Source of the DNA: Squalus acanthias
Lineage: Eukaryota
NCBI GenBank assembly: GCA_030390025.1
Contig: CM059440.1
Coordinates: 47,120,001-47,184,000 of the forward strand
Reading direction: 5' to 3'
Length of the DNA: 64,000 nucleotides
The notes below the pieces were generated by a model. The model ran no database searches, was not told the origin of the DNA, and saw nothing but the letters and a program-made list of their open reading frames with translations. The position numbers and the translations under genes are program-made. Shown piece by piece: positions 38,826-50,078 of this stretch. Position 1 is the first letter of the stretch. Every line of letters starts with the position of its first letter.

Positions 38826-40789
38826 ACGTGATCCCTAATAGAAATGGAATTATTGACGTCGTTGGTTTAAGATGCAGAAATTTAAATCTTGCAGTAGAAA
38901 GGGCAAGCAAATGAGGGGTAATGCAGTTTGTATGCAGATGAGCGTAGTGTTTCGGTTGAACTTTTAATCTTGGAAATCTAGTATTCTGGTGTGATGAACT
39001 AATGTATGTAAAATGGCTTACGAATTGATAATTCAGAATATTCTAGAAGTACTGAATGTCACAAGGGAGAGAAAATGTCATGGTAGCATAAATATGGATT
39101 TTGTGCAGTTGGAGTCTGAAGACTGGGATGAGTGGCTAAATTGCAATTGTCAAAGGATTTTTCACACTAGCATAATTTGACTCGAGAGGCTGACCGTATT
39201 TCCACAGCGCTGTAATATTGTCATTGTCACTCTCTGGCTGTATCCTGGATTGCATCAGTGAGACCGTAGCACCCACATCTGCACAAGTGAGGGGGAATGG
39301 CATTTAAATTGATCTGATTGTGGGAATGATGGAAATGTTGGATTTTAATATGTAGCAAATATTCAGTGGCATCTTGTGGTTTAGTTTCATCGGTACATTT
39401 AGTGTGAACAGGTGCAGGTTCTATTTTGCATGGAACATTATTTGTGAAAGCTGTTTTGAGTACATTTAAAGTGGGTCACTGAATTTATAAATAGCGGACA
39501 AATGCATGCATTACAGTTCGCCACATTCACACTTCATGCTGAGGAGAGCTTGCCATTAAATTGTACTACACTCTGAACTAGAATGGTTTTTTAAAAAGCT
39601 TTTCTTGCTTTTCTGTGTTTTGTTCATCTTTACTGTGTATTTAAAATTGTGTTTACAGTAATACACCCCCATGAAAGTAATCCTTTAGCTAGTGCAGGTC
39701 TTAATCCCAGCACATGTTCGGAGTGATGAGGTCTTTCAGACTTTTTTTTGGCCAGTGTGACAAAATAGGGCTTTTCTGTATTTCATCTCAGTTCATTTTA
39801 TTTCTAAAAGTCAATTTAAAAACTATTTGATTACAAATTGAAACTGTAAAACCAGTGCTTTATTTCAATAGTATTGGTATGTATTTGTGCTGCTGCATTT
39901 GCAGAAGAGTACATTGACTGCATTGTGCATATTTGTACAGTAATTTAACATCTTAAATCTGAGGTGCACCCAGGGTGGGGACAACACAGCTGGATAGGGA
40001 TGTACATGGTCTGTTCCCCTTTTTATTATTTTTGGGTTTGGTTGTTCGCCTTTTCTGTACAGCTGGGAACCAATGTCAATGCCATCAATCTGTGTCTTTT
40101 TCTTCCTCCCTACCACCCCATCGATATTAATTGATCCAGTTTCCAAGTAGAAGCCAACAGATGAATTCACTACAGGACCAGGCTGGGTTGGTTGATCTTG
40201 AAATTAGGCTACAGGACTTGGGTGTTCTGGCCATTTAGTGGCCTAGAACAAATGGGTATGAGATGCTGCGATGATGTGTTAGCACTTTATTTGCATAACA
40301 TACAGTATCTCCTAACATTGTTAAATCAGGTCTGACTCGAGGTTTTAGTCCTGGAGATCTCAATTTAGTGGGTGAGCTAGACACTACTTGATCCACATAA
40401 CATTGAATTGTGATGGTCTGTGAGCAGCTGCTTAAGGAAAAAAAATCCCATTACTTAATTGCATTCTAAAAGGATATATTGACCCTTCTTCCAATGGACC
40501 AATTCTGCTTCGGTTTTTAATTATTGTACACTCTATCTTAGAAGTTTCACTGATTCTATATTATTCAACTTAGAAATAAATCTTAGTTTTCGGTGTTGCA
40601 GTCTGGTATGTTTATGGTATTCTGTGTTTCAAAGGAGTTGGGGATCACGTCGGCATCCAATGTGATCTACAGTGTTTACCGTTAATAAAGATGGGTAATT
40701 GGTAATCCTGGGCATACTATCTCGTTCATGAGAAATCATGCTGTCTTTAATATACTTTTAGAACGCAGGGCCTCTTTTGCGCATACCCA

Positions 40790-41497
40790 TTTTTTTTTAT
40801 TCGTTCACGGGATGTGGGCAACACTGGCAAGTCCAGCATTTATTGCCCATCCCTAATTGCCCTTGAGAAGGTGTGGTGAAGGTGCTCCCACAGTGCTGTT
40901 AGGGAAGGAGTGCCAGGATTTTGACCCAACGGCGATATATTTAGAAGTCAGCATGGTGTGTAACTTGGAGGGAAACTTGCAGCTGATGGTGTTCTCCTGC
41001 GCCTGCTGCCTTGTCCTAGGTGGTAGACGTTGCAGGTTTGGGATGTGCTGTCGAAGAAGCCTTGGCGCATTGCTGCAGTGCATCTTGTAGCTGGTGCACT
41101 CTGCAGCCACGGTACGCTGGTGGTGGAGGGAGTGAATGTTGAAGGTGGTGGATGGGGTGCCAATCAAGCGGGCTGCTTTGTCCTGGATGGAGTCGAGCTT
41201 CTTGAGTGTTGTTGGAGCTGCACTCATCCAGGCAAGTGGAGAGTATTCCATCACACTCCTGACTTGTGCCTTGTAAATGGTGGAAAGGCTTTGGGGCGTT
41301 GGGAGGTGAGACACTCGCCGCAGAATACCCAGCCTCTGACCTGCTCTTGTAGCCACAGTATTTATGTGGCTGGTCAAGTTTCTGGTCAATGGTGACCCCC
41401 CCAGGATGTTGGGGGATTTGGCGATGGTAATGCCGTTGAATGTCAAGGGGCGGTGGTTGGACGCTCTCTTGGAGATAGTCAATGCCTGGCACTTGTC
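40790..41497 (-). mobile_element. Second LINE family (CR1/L2 group), 3' end
   Basis: ORF 40853-41611 contains ATRAGQRLGILRRVSH...YKAQVRSVMEYSPLAW; same family as 10190-11120. Confidence 0.9.
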
Positions 41498-42664
41498 TGC
41501 AAAATAAGTACAGACTTCCTGCTTTTTGCCAAATAGGCCGCTACAGTTGCAGTTAATTATTAGAGCTCCAACAAATCCAGAAAATTGACCATTTAAAATT
41601 TTTCTCTTCATTCATACATTAACATAAATATGTATTAGGATTAACGAGTTGATCCACTGTGAAGTTGCATACTGTTGGAGAATCGGGTCTCTTGCCTGTC
41701 TTAGCTTTATGTTGCTGTTTGTCTATTTTCTTTTCTGATTCTTTCTCTCTGCCACACTTTGTTCCCCTGCCCTGTTCTGTGGTATTGTTTTGGGGGGTGG
41801 GGTGTTATTTCCTTTCAGGTAGGAGTCACCGACGACTGATGGCTGTAAGTGGGGCTGAGGTTGCAGGGAAAATATGGCCCTCAGTAGCTCCCTTCTCACC
41901 CCCTCCCCAATGACATGTGCTTCATCCCCTCCTCTCCCATTTGCCTCAGTCTTAACTCTCTATCTACTCTTCTCTTTCCCTTTCCCGAACCTATATCCCT
42001 CACCCTGCTCTCTTACCCTTCTTCCTTATGGGTTTCTTAGAGGTTTTGTTTGCTTCCAAAATTCAACTTGAGTTTTAGAAGAAAGAAATTGCACATGGAA
42101 AGACACTCTTTACTTATCTATCTTTCAACTGGTAGGATTAGCAATTAGAGCGTTTACCTTTTTCTAACTCGACAAACTGCGGGTGAGATAACTAGTTGGA
42201 TTCAAAATTAAACTGGTGGTCTTTTTTGAAAATTGAACATTAGTGTGAGGAACATATATTAACTCCCTTTTGCGTTCACCTATCTCTGTCTCCTGCTGTG
42301 TTTTCTTTCCCCCTCCCCTCCTGGTTACAGGGAATTGCAAAATGTGGAAACTTTTTATAAGGGGATTTTCCATAAGTCCTGGTTCAGATGGGATTTTTCA
42401 GTGAAACAATCAAACTTACTAAACTCTAGATATTGCTGTGGTAAAACTACTTTCTTTAATGGTGTTTATTTGTACATCACCGTGTGTGTGTGCTGAAACA
42501 TTATAATTGTTTCAGAGAACCTTGTTTGCATCAAGTTGCTGGCAGTCTAAAGTGAAAACTACTGTGTATTTACGGGTTAATTTAGTACTGTAAATATGCC
42601 ATCCAGTAGTATAATCAAACCATTACATTCTTGTATTCTGACATTGGCCTTTTTTCTTCTACAG

Positions 42665-42781
42665 TTTAACTTTGTTGGCAGAATCCTTGGACCAAGAGGA
42701 CTCACAGCAAAACAGCTAGAAGCAGAGACTGGTTGCAAGATCATGGTTAGAGGGAAAAGTTCAATGCGGGACAAAAAGAAG
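42665..42781 (+). CDS. QKI: Quaking coding exon 3 (KH domain, GPRG loop)
   Basis: Acceptor TTTTTCTTCTACAG, reading [39 protein letters not shown], donor GTAAGA. 117 nt, phase 0/0. Confidence 0.99.
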
Positions 42782-43169
42782 GTAAGACCGCTAAACTGAA
42801 TGTCCAGACCGGGTTTACAGAATGGATGACTAAAGCATATTTTTGAGGAGGAGTTTTCCGGTTACTAAAATTGCCCAGCTTGGGATGAGGATTTTCTTCA
42901 ACTATCCTTATGCTTTCTCAACTATCCTTGTGGCTTTTAAGTGTCCAAGTGATGCTGTATTACAGCCAGATTTATTTTCTGGCTGGGAAATGCACCAACA
43001 ACTGCCCAAGCACCCTTCTCTTTACTCCTTCAATAATGAGAGAAGCTACTTTGGACAGTGCAGTCCTGTCCCACCTTATTCTTGAAATAATTTGCTAAAA
43101 CTTTTGATGTGAAGATTGAAGTGCGTGGAAAAACAGGTATCCCAAAGTTTCAACTTGCTATAGATAATG

Positions 43170-43390
43170 TGGCATTCAATAAGGTGCCATTTAAAAGGTT
43201 ACTGCGCAAGATAAGAGCCCATGGTGCTGGGGGTAATATATTGGCATGGATAGAGGATTGGCTAACTAACAGAAAACAGAGAGTCGGGATAAATGGGTAA
43301 TTTTCAGGTTGGCAAACTGTAACTAGTGGGGTGCTGCAGGGATCAGTGCTGGGGCCTCAACTATTTACAATCTATATTAATGACTTGGAT
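43170..43390 (+). mobile_element. CR1 RT fragment
   Basis: AFNKVPFKRLL...WIEDWLTNRKQRVGING, then [21 protein letters not shown]. Confidence 0.9.
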
Positions 43391-43494
43391 TTTGATTGTC
43401 GCCCTCCCTTTTTAGATGCAAGTACTGCATGCTGAAAACCAAATTGGGCAATGAATTGAATATCAATGGCCTGCTTTCTGTTTTTATATTGTAT

Positions 43495-44156
43495 GGGCCG
43501 TATATTGCGACCCCTACGGGTGTGTACGCGCCCGTAGGGGCCACGCAAGTTCAGTGTTTAGGCATGCGAAGAATCATCTTGACAGATCCTCCGCATGCCC
43601 CGGGAGATGGGCTTCTGCGGGTGGAGAGTTGCGCTATTTGCCCAACTTCTGCCCGCCGAATGCCTGTGAAATTCTTACGTCTGGTAAAAGCAGACGTAAG
43701 GCCTGCTTTTACCAGCATAAGAGTTTAAAAAAAAAAAATTAAAATGTTATCACTCATTTATACATTTAAAAACCCTGTCCAATAAGGTAAGTTTATTTTT
43801 AGCCCCGTTAAAACATTTTCCCCCCAAAAAATTTAATTAAATGGCATTTTAATTAATTTTAAATGCAATTTTATTTATTTCATGTGTTCGTGTATTTTTT
43901 AAGTGGTCCCCATTCATACACTCCTATAAGTATGAATGGGGATTCCCTTTTATTGGTTGGGCCGGCCCACGTGATCCCAGGGGCGCATGCGAACCGCATA
44001 CGCCCCTGGGATACGTGGGCCTCTACCTGCGCGTACCCGGAGAGGCCCAGGATCGCAAGCCTCCATACCTCCTGGGCCACCAGGTAAATGCGTAGATCTT
44101 TTGCTGGTCGGAGGCATTTCCCTCGCGGGAAGCCTCCGATCGCAAATTTTGGGCCT
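43495..44156. mobile_element. Hairpin-rich non-autonomous DNA transposon (MITE, Harbinger-like)
   Basis: Imperfect TIRs GGGCCGTATATTGCG and CGCAAATTTTGGGCCT, CpG-rich arms, AT-rich core and several internal palindromes. Confidence 0.7.
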
Positions 44157-45266
44157 ATATTATTCCAACAAGGTACAATTCAAACTTGGCTTCAGGTGCA
44201 TGTTCCTTTCCCGTTGGTGGGTTTGTCCATTATTGATGTGTTGAAAGTGGTGCAGGACCCCAGAGATTGACATGAAGTGAAGAAGAATTTGGCATGAGTT
44301 GCCGCTTGGGACAACTGATTAAAGCAGAACTGAAGCAGCAGTTGATCAAAAGGCACTTAATATCTACGTACAGCGAGCTGTTGGCATTCCCTTAATGGAC
44401 TAATCCATGTTCCATGAAATCCTAACTGGACTTGTAGAAGTCATGAGAGGCCAGTGATCTGATTGTTAATATATAAAGCATTTCTGTGAAGATTCCAGGC
44501 ATGTGCTGCATTGTTGCTGAAAACTAAATTGTCAAAATTAAGTAATACACGTGTTCAAACTAGGTGAAGCTGAGAGCAGGAGTTGGTATGTCTCCGATCC
44601 AAGCTGATTTGTTTCGTCAAGGAGCAGGAATGTTTCTTGTATTGAGTATTTACAGTGTAAAGTACATGCACTGGCAAATATGGCTCCACAGCACTATGCT
44701 AACCTGACTAAGATGGCTTCTTTAAATGCCAGTGCATGGTTAGATCAGTATCTCCTAGTGTTTGCAAGGGGGTATGGAAATATAGATGCAGTTGGCGATG
44801 ACAAAGTCACAGCTGGATGTGACTGGAGTGCAACTGCTTCCTGTTAACGAAAGCTGCTGGCTGTTCTTCTAGTGCCTTGGGCTACACGATTGCCGTCTGT
44901 AACCCCAGGAAATCGAGGGAAGCCAGTCACTGCCGCAAATCCCAGAGCACGATCATTTTGACTGTCTATTGGAAAGGTGATGTATTGATTGGCCTTTGCA
45001 AATAGGCCGTTGCAAATATGCCATTGACGACCTGTTTGATACACTTGCGCACTGCTGACTGCGCGATGACCCCTGAAGTGCCCTGAAAAGAGTCTTAAGG
45101 CAAAAAACAGTTAAAGGTGGTGGTGACTTTGACAGCCACTGGCCAAGCATGGGCACCTGGCCCAGTCGACAGTTCTTGGTGCAGTAGGCTGCAGAGATCA
45201 GGCGACAGCCTGCCTGGAGAAGGTGTGGTGGCTTAAAATCTCCCCCTAAATTGTGATTCTTCAGTA

Positions 45267-45677
45267 TAGGAAACTTTCGTTTATCCGGCATCGACGGGAC
45301 CGGCGTGGTGCCGGTTTATCGAAAGTACCGGATAACGGAGAGTTATATCTACCGAGGCTATTTTTAACAGAGACTCCAGGCAGCACGGGAGAATCAACTC
45401 CTGCTACTGCAGTGTTTCGGACTTCCGACAGCGCCAGGAGGCCGAGTAGTGGCACTTTTGAAAAGTACCCCTACTGACTAAATCGGCATTCTCGGACTCG
45501 GGATCGGCAACATTGCCGGTTATTTGAGAGGAGTTTTCGGAGCACTCGGCGTTCGCGGAGACTCGACTGCGACTCGGCAACATTGCCGGTTATTTGAGAG
45601 GAGTTTTCGGAGGATGATTTTTGCCGGTTAAGCGAGAATTCCGGATATTTGGGTGCCGGATAAACAAAAGTTTCCTG
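45267..45677. mobile_element. Tc1/mariner (Tigger/pogo-type) MITE
   Basis: TIRs TAGGAAACTTTCGTTTATCCGGCA and TGCCGGATAAACAAAAGTTTCCTG, with TA at both flanks (45265-45266 and 45678-45679). Confidence 0.85.
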
Positions 45678-46344
45678 TAGTTTGATGGGAGAGACCACAT
45701 TGATAGAGGTAGACTATGTAGTCTCTTTTCTTTTGAGAAGTGCAAATTCATTTTTTTTAAAGAACAAACTTAAACTTAATCTTGTACTGCATTTTTCTAA
45801 ATTTGTTTTGGCTGCATTTGCTCATGTTCTGTCATCTCTCATTATCTTTCATTAATTAAATCACGCAGCAACTGAAAGCTTTGAGAGAAGAGGGTTTTCT
45901 AGTATTCTGAGCAACTTGACAACATTTCTAGATTGATTTGATAGAAGTTAAATTATTGTGTTGTAGGAACTGATTACACGGGCCAGAAAATAAATTGGAA
46001 CTTTTTACCCAGACATTTGCACTTATATTTTGCTGAGTTTGTGGTCCTTGTTCTGAGAAATGTGCTCTGCAAATCAAATCTTCTCCCATTAATTAGTTTT
46101 GAAGGTGACCGATGAAGTGTAAAATTTCAATACTTAGTCATTTTAACCTGCAGACTCAGTGAGCCTGCTGAGTGCCATGCAGTGTGTACACCCCATCTAT
46201 GCAGTTTTTTTCCCTCGAGACTGACATTTTGTAATTTTTTGTGTGCAATCTACATATATGTATTTCAAACTTTTCAACTTTCATGCATGTCACGTGATGT
46301 GCATTTTGACTGTTGCTTAAATTTTTCTTTGACATTTTGAGATT

Positions 46345-46690
46345 TTTTTTATTAATTTGTTCATGGGATGTGGGTGTCACTGGCAAGGCCAGCATTTTTT
46401 GCCCATTCCCTAATTGCCCTTGAGAAGGTGGTGGTGAGCTGTAGATACGGAGTCACACATAGACCAGACCAGGTAAGGACAGCAGATTTCCTTCCCGAAA
46501 GGACATTAATGAGCCAGTTGGGTTTTTACGACAATCTGGTAGTTTCATGGTCACCATTATTGATACTAGCTTTTTTTATTCCAGATTTATTTAATTAACT
46601 GAATTTAAATTCCCCAGCTACCGTGGTGGGATTTGAACTCGTGTCTCTGGATCATTAGTCCAGTAACATAACCACTATGCTTCCGAACCC
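46345..46690 (-). mobile_element. tRNA-derived SINE sharing its 3' tail with the LINE at 10190 and 40790
   Basis: The - strand head has TAGTGG (A box) and GAGTTCAAATCCC (B box). The tail GGGATGTGGG...CTGGCAAG.CCAGCATTT...CCTTGAGAAGGTG is shared with the LINE ends. Confidence 0.85.
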
Positions 46691-47005
46691 CTAAATTATA
46701 TATATTATAACGATTGAATAATCTGAGTTTGTGGTTCACTTGAATTGTTCTCAATTGTGCAAGAGTCTGAAGTTGATCAAAAGCAGAAATTGGATTGTTA
46801 CTGTCTAGGCCAAGAATTAAGTAACTGGGTGGTTGTTAACATACGTTCACTTCCTCGCTTTTTCCCAGGTTTTTAACTAGAGATGCCTTAAAATGGAGCA
46901 CATTGTTTGGGCATTCGTTTTAAGCCTACATGGCTCTAATCCTATTGTTTCATTGCCTCAATGACTTTCTCGTCCACACATATGCAGTCACATCTGATTC
47001 ATTGA

Positions 47006-47310
47006 TCATAGAAATTTACTGCACAGAAGGAGGCCATTTGACTCATTGGGTCTGTGCCGGACCAAAAAGAGCTCTCCAGCCTGATCCCACTTTCCAGCTC
47101 TTGGTCTGTAGCCCTGTAGGTTACGGCACTTCAAGTGCATATCCAAGTACTTTTTAAATGTGATGAGGGTTTCTGCCTCTACCACCCTTTCAGGCAGTGA
47201 GTTCCAGACCCCCTCCACTCTGGGTGAAAAAAGTTCTCCTCAAATCCCCTCTAATCCTTCTACCAATTACTTTAAATCTATGTCCCCTGGTTTTTGACCC
47301 CTCTGCTCAG
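47006..47310 (-). mobile_element. CR1 LINE 3' end
   Basis: VWNSLPERVVEAETLITFKKYLD plus the 3' UTR. Confidence 0.9.
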
Positions 47311-47311
47311 G

Positions 47312-47620
47312 GACAGTACTATAGGGTTCCATCCTTGGCTCCTTCCTCTTCATTTACATGTTCCTCCTTGGCGTTATCCGGTAGCTTGATGATGCCCAGT
47401 TCTCTTGCCTCATCCAGTGGCCCAGCGACTGTTGCTGCTATCTCTAACTGGCTATTCAACAGTAAAACTTGGAGGAGCCAAAAACTTCTTGAGTTTAATT
47501 TTGGAAAAACTGAAGCTTTCCTGTCTGGCTCTAACTTCAACTGGTATCTACCTTCCTTCCTGGCTGCCACGTCAAGCTCCGATGTGGAAGCTTGGTGTAC
47601 TGTTTGGCCTGAACTCAAGT
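47312..47620 (+). mobile_element. Degraded L2 RT fragment
   Basis: GSILGSFLFIYM followed by LNFGKTE remnants. Confidence 0.65.
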
Positions 47621-49419
47621 TCCCTTTCCTCCTCTCCTTCTCCTCCTCCTCTTTCTCTCCTCCCCCCCCCCCCCCCCCCCCCCCCCCCAAAATGGTCTGT
47701 CAGCCCTGCACTATCGATTGCCTCTGCTGCCAAACTCTAATCTGTTTTTATTACCTCACTAGACTTCTCCATAACTCTCCTTGCCAAACATTTTTTAATC
47801 TTCAAAATGGTGGAAATTAATTTATGACCTAGCTATCGGGCTGATGGCGCTAATCTTTTTTAAAATGTTAGGTCAGATCCCAGCAGTTGAAATTTTTTTC
47901 CATGTTTGAAATAAATTCCTTTCACTGAAATGTCATTTTAAGTTTAAGGAAGCTCCATATTTATACCATGTGACTTCTGAGGCTCAAATGACCTATTTTT
48001 CATATTGGATAAATTGATTGTATTTCAAGCTACAATTGGTCATAATTATAAGTCTCTTGGAAATGAGTGTGATGTAGGTTTCAATTTTTTAATATTTTGT
48101 TTTTACGGTGATTTTACTACAGCTTAACAGAATAATAGTTAAAACTGCAGTTGCAGCATTTGCTTGCCTGCCTGCCTTAGGATGTACTCTGCTTTTGTCG
48201 GTGAATAAGGAAGAATAAAAAGCATTTTTGTAAAAGCCAAGATTTGAAGTGTGAAGGTCAGTGTAAGTACACAAGCCAGTGTAAGCTTGAAATTTGCCAG
48301 CGTGTGTAAGGATTTTGAGACTCTATTTACCTTGTGTCTCTGCTTGTGTTTTTTATTATGGGGCAGCTGTGGAGCACTACAGTTGGTTTGCTCATAATCT
48401 GTTAAACCACAGCATAACTAAATGGCTGTGGCTTTCAGTGCTGCATAGAAGGAAGACTGTTGAGCCTTAAATTGAGATTTGGCGGGGGGGGGGCTCTTTA
48501 ACAAGATCAATAGTTGCAGATCATTCTTTGTATTGATAATTACTGAATACATTTTACATTCTCAAGCTGTGAGGGTAGGGGAGGCGCAGGCAAAAATCTG
48601 TTCCACGAGCAACTTCGGATGGTGCCAAGTATTTACTAAGATTGAACCATGTAAAAACTGCAGGTGGTAGGTGGCATATGTGTTCTGCAGGGACAGGAAG
48701 AAGGTAAAACAGTGAAAGGGAAAAGCGAAGAAATCATGAGATAGAGGTAGAGCAATAGAAATGAGGGAGAATAAAATCACATGAGCTTTTCTTGTGCTTC
48801 ACAGTATTTTTACACTGTCTTTCAATTTGTGTTTTTTCTTTTTGCGGCATTCTTACAAGATTTGAAAACTACTATTCTGTATTTTCCTTCTCTTGCCCAT
48901 CTTGCTCCCTCCCTACCATAATGGCTGATTTAGATAGCCAATTCTGAGGGAAGATTTCTGCTGTGCACTATGTACAATGTGGAGTAGGTTTATGATTTCA
49001 AGTGGGTTTACAATTTTAAGGTGCAGAGAAGAAATCTTTCCCTCCACCCCAACCTCCCAGTGTGGTCATGCTGCATTGGATAAGCATTAAAGTATTTATT
49101 GCTAGTGAGCAATTCTCCCTACGTCTCTCCCAGTCCTTCTGCTAAGGAGACTCCTGTTTGTGTTGCAGACGGATTTCTAAATCAGCTAGATTAGATTTAA
49201 AAGGGCACTGTTTTAAATTAAAGCCACTGTTTTCTTCAACTTCATTGCCTTCCTCAGTGGCTGGCGAAGGTGCTTGTAGCAGTCCTGCTTCCCTTCCTGT
49301 ACAGAGGTAGGCTGGACCACTTCAGCTTCTTAGCCTGCTGGTGGCCATATTTTATTGACCATAACTGTCTGCAGTGGCAAGTTTATATCAACAGCTGAGG
49401 CTGCTGTGCGACATTAAGT

Positions 49420-50078
49420 GTAGATGAGCAGAGAGACCTTGGTAGCCATATATGCAAATTCTGAAAGGTGATTAAAACAGCATATGGATTACTTGAGTTT
49501 AAAAATAGAGGAATAGAATATAGAAGCATCGAGATCATGCTAGAACTTTATAAATCACCGGTTAAGCCTCAACTGGAGTATTGTGGACAATTCTGGGCAC
49601 CACACTTCAGGGAAGATGTAAAGGCCTTGGAAAGGGTACAGAGGAGGATTGCTAGGATGTTACCAGGGATGAGGGACTTCAGTTATGAGGAGAGTTTGGA
49701 AAAGTTAGGACTGTGCTCATTGGAACAGAGAAGGTTAAGAGCTGACCTAATCGAGATTTTCAAGATGCGAGGTTTTGATAGAGTAGATAGAGAAAAATTA
49801 TTCCCTCTGATGAGTGGGTCAGTAATCAGAGGTCATAGATTTAAAATCATTGACAAAAGATCTAGAGGGGAGATGAGGAACTCTCTACCAGAAAAGGTGG
49901 TGGAAGCTGATTCCATCAATAATTTTAAAAGGGAGTTGGACGGGTTCTTGATGAGGAACTTACAGGGTTACGGACAAAAAGTGGGGTGTGGGACTGAGCA
50001 CGACTGCTCTTTCAAAGAACCAGCACAAGCATGATGGGCCGAATGGCTGCCTCCAGTGCTGTAAGTTTCTATGATTGA
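49420..50078 (+). mobile_element. CR1 LINE 3' end
   Basis: ORF 49468-50034 (LEYCGQFWAPHFREDVKALERVQRR...); tail TTCTATGATT. Confidence 0.92.

Noticed and set aside
39723-39800. GTGATGA as a box C of an intronic snoRNA
   Set aside because: No CTGA box D or terminal stem at a suitable distance.
45504-45612. Repeat-spacer-repeat of CRISPR-like size (39-bp repeat, 31-bp spacer)
   Set aside because: Only two repeats, inside a TIR-bounded MITE in a vertebrate intron, with no cas genes.
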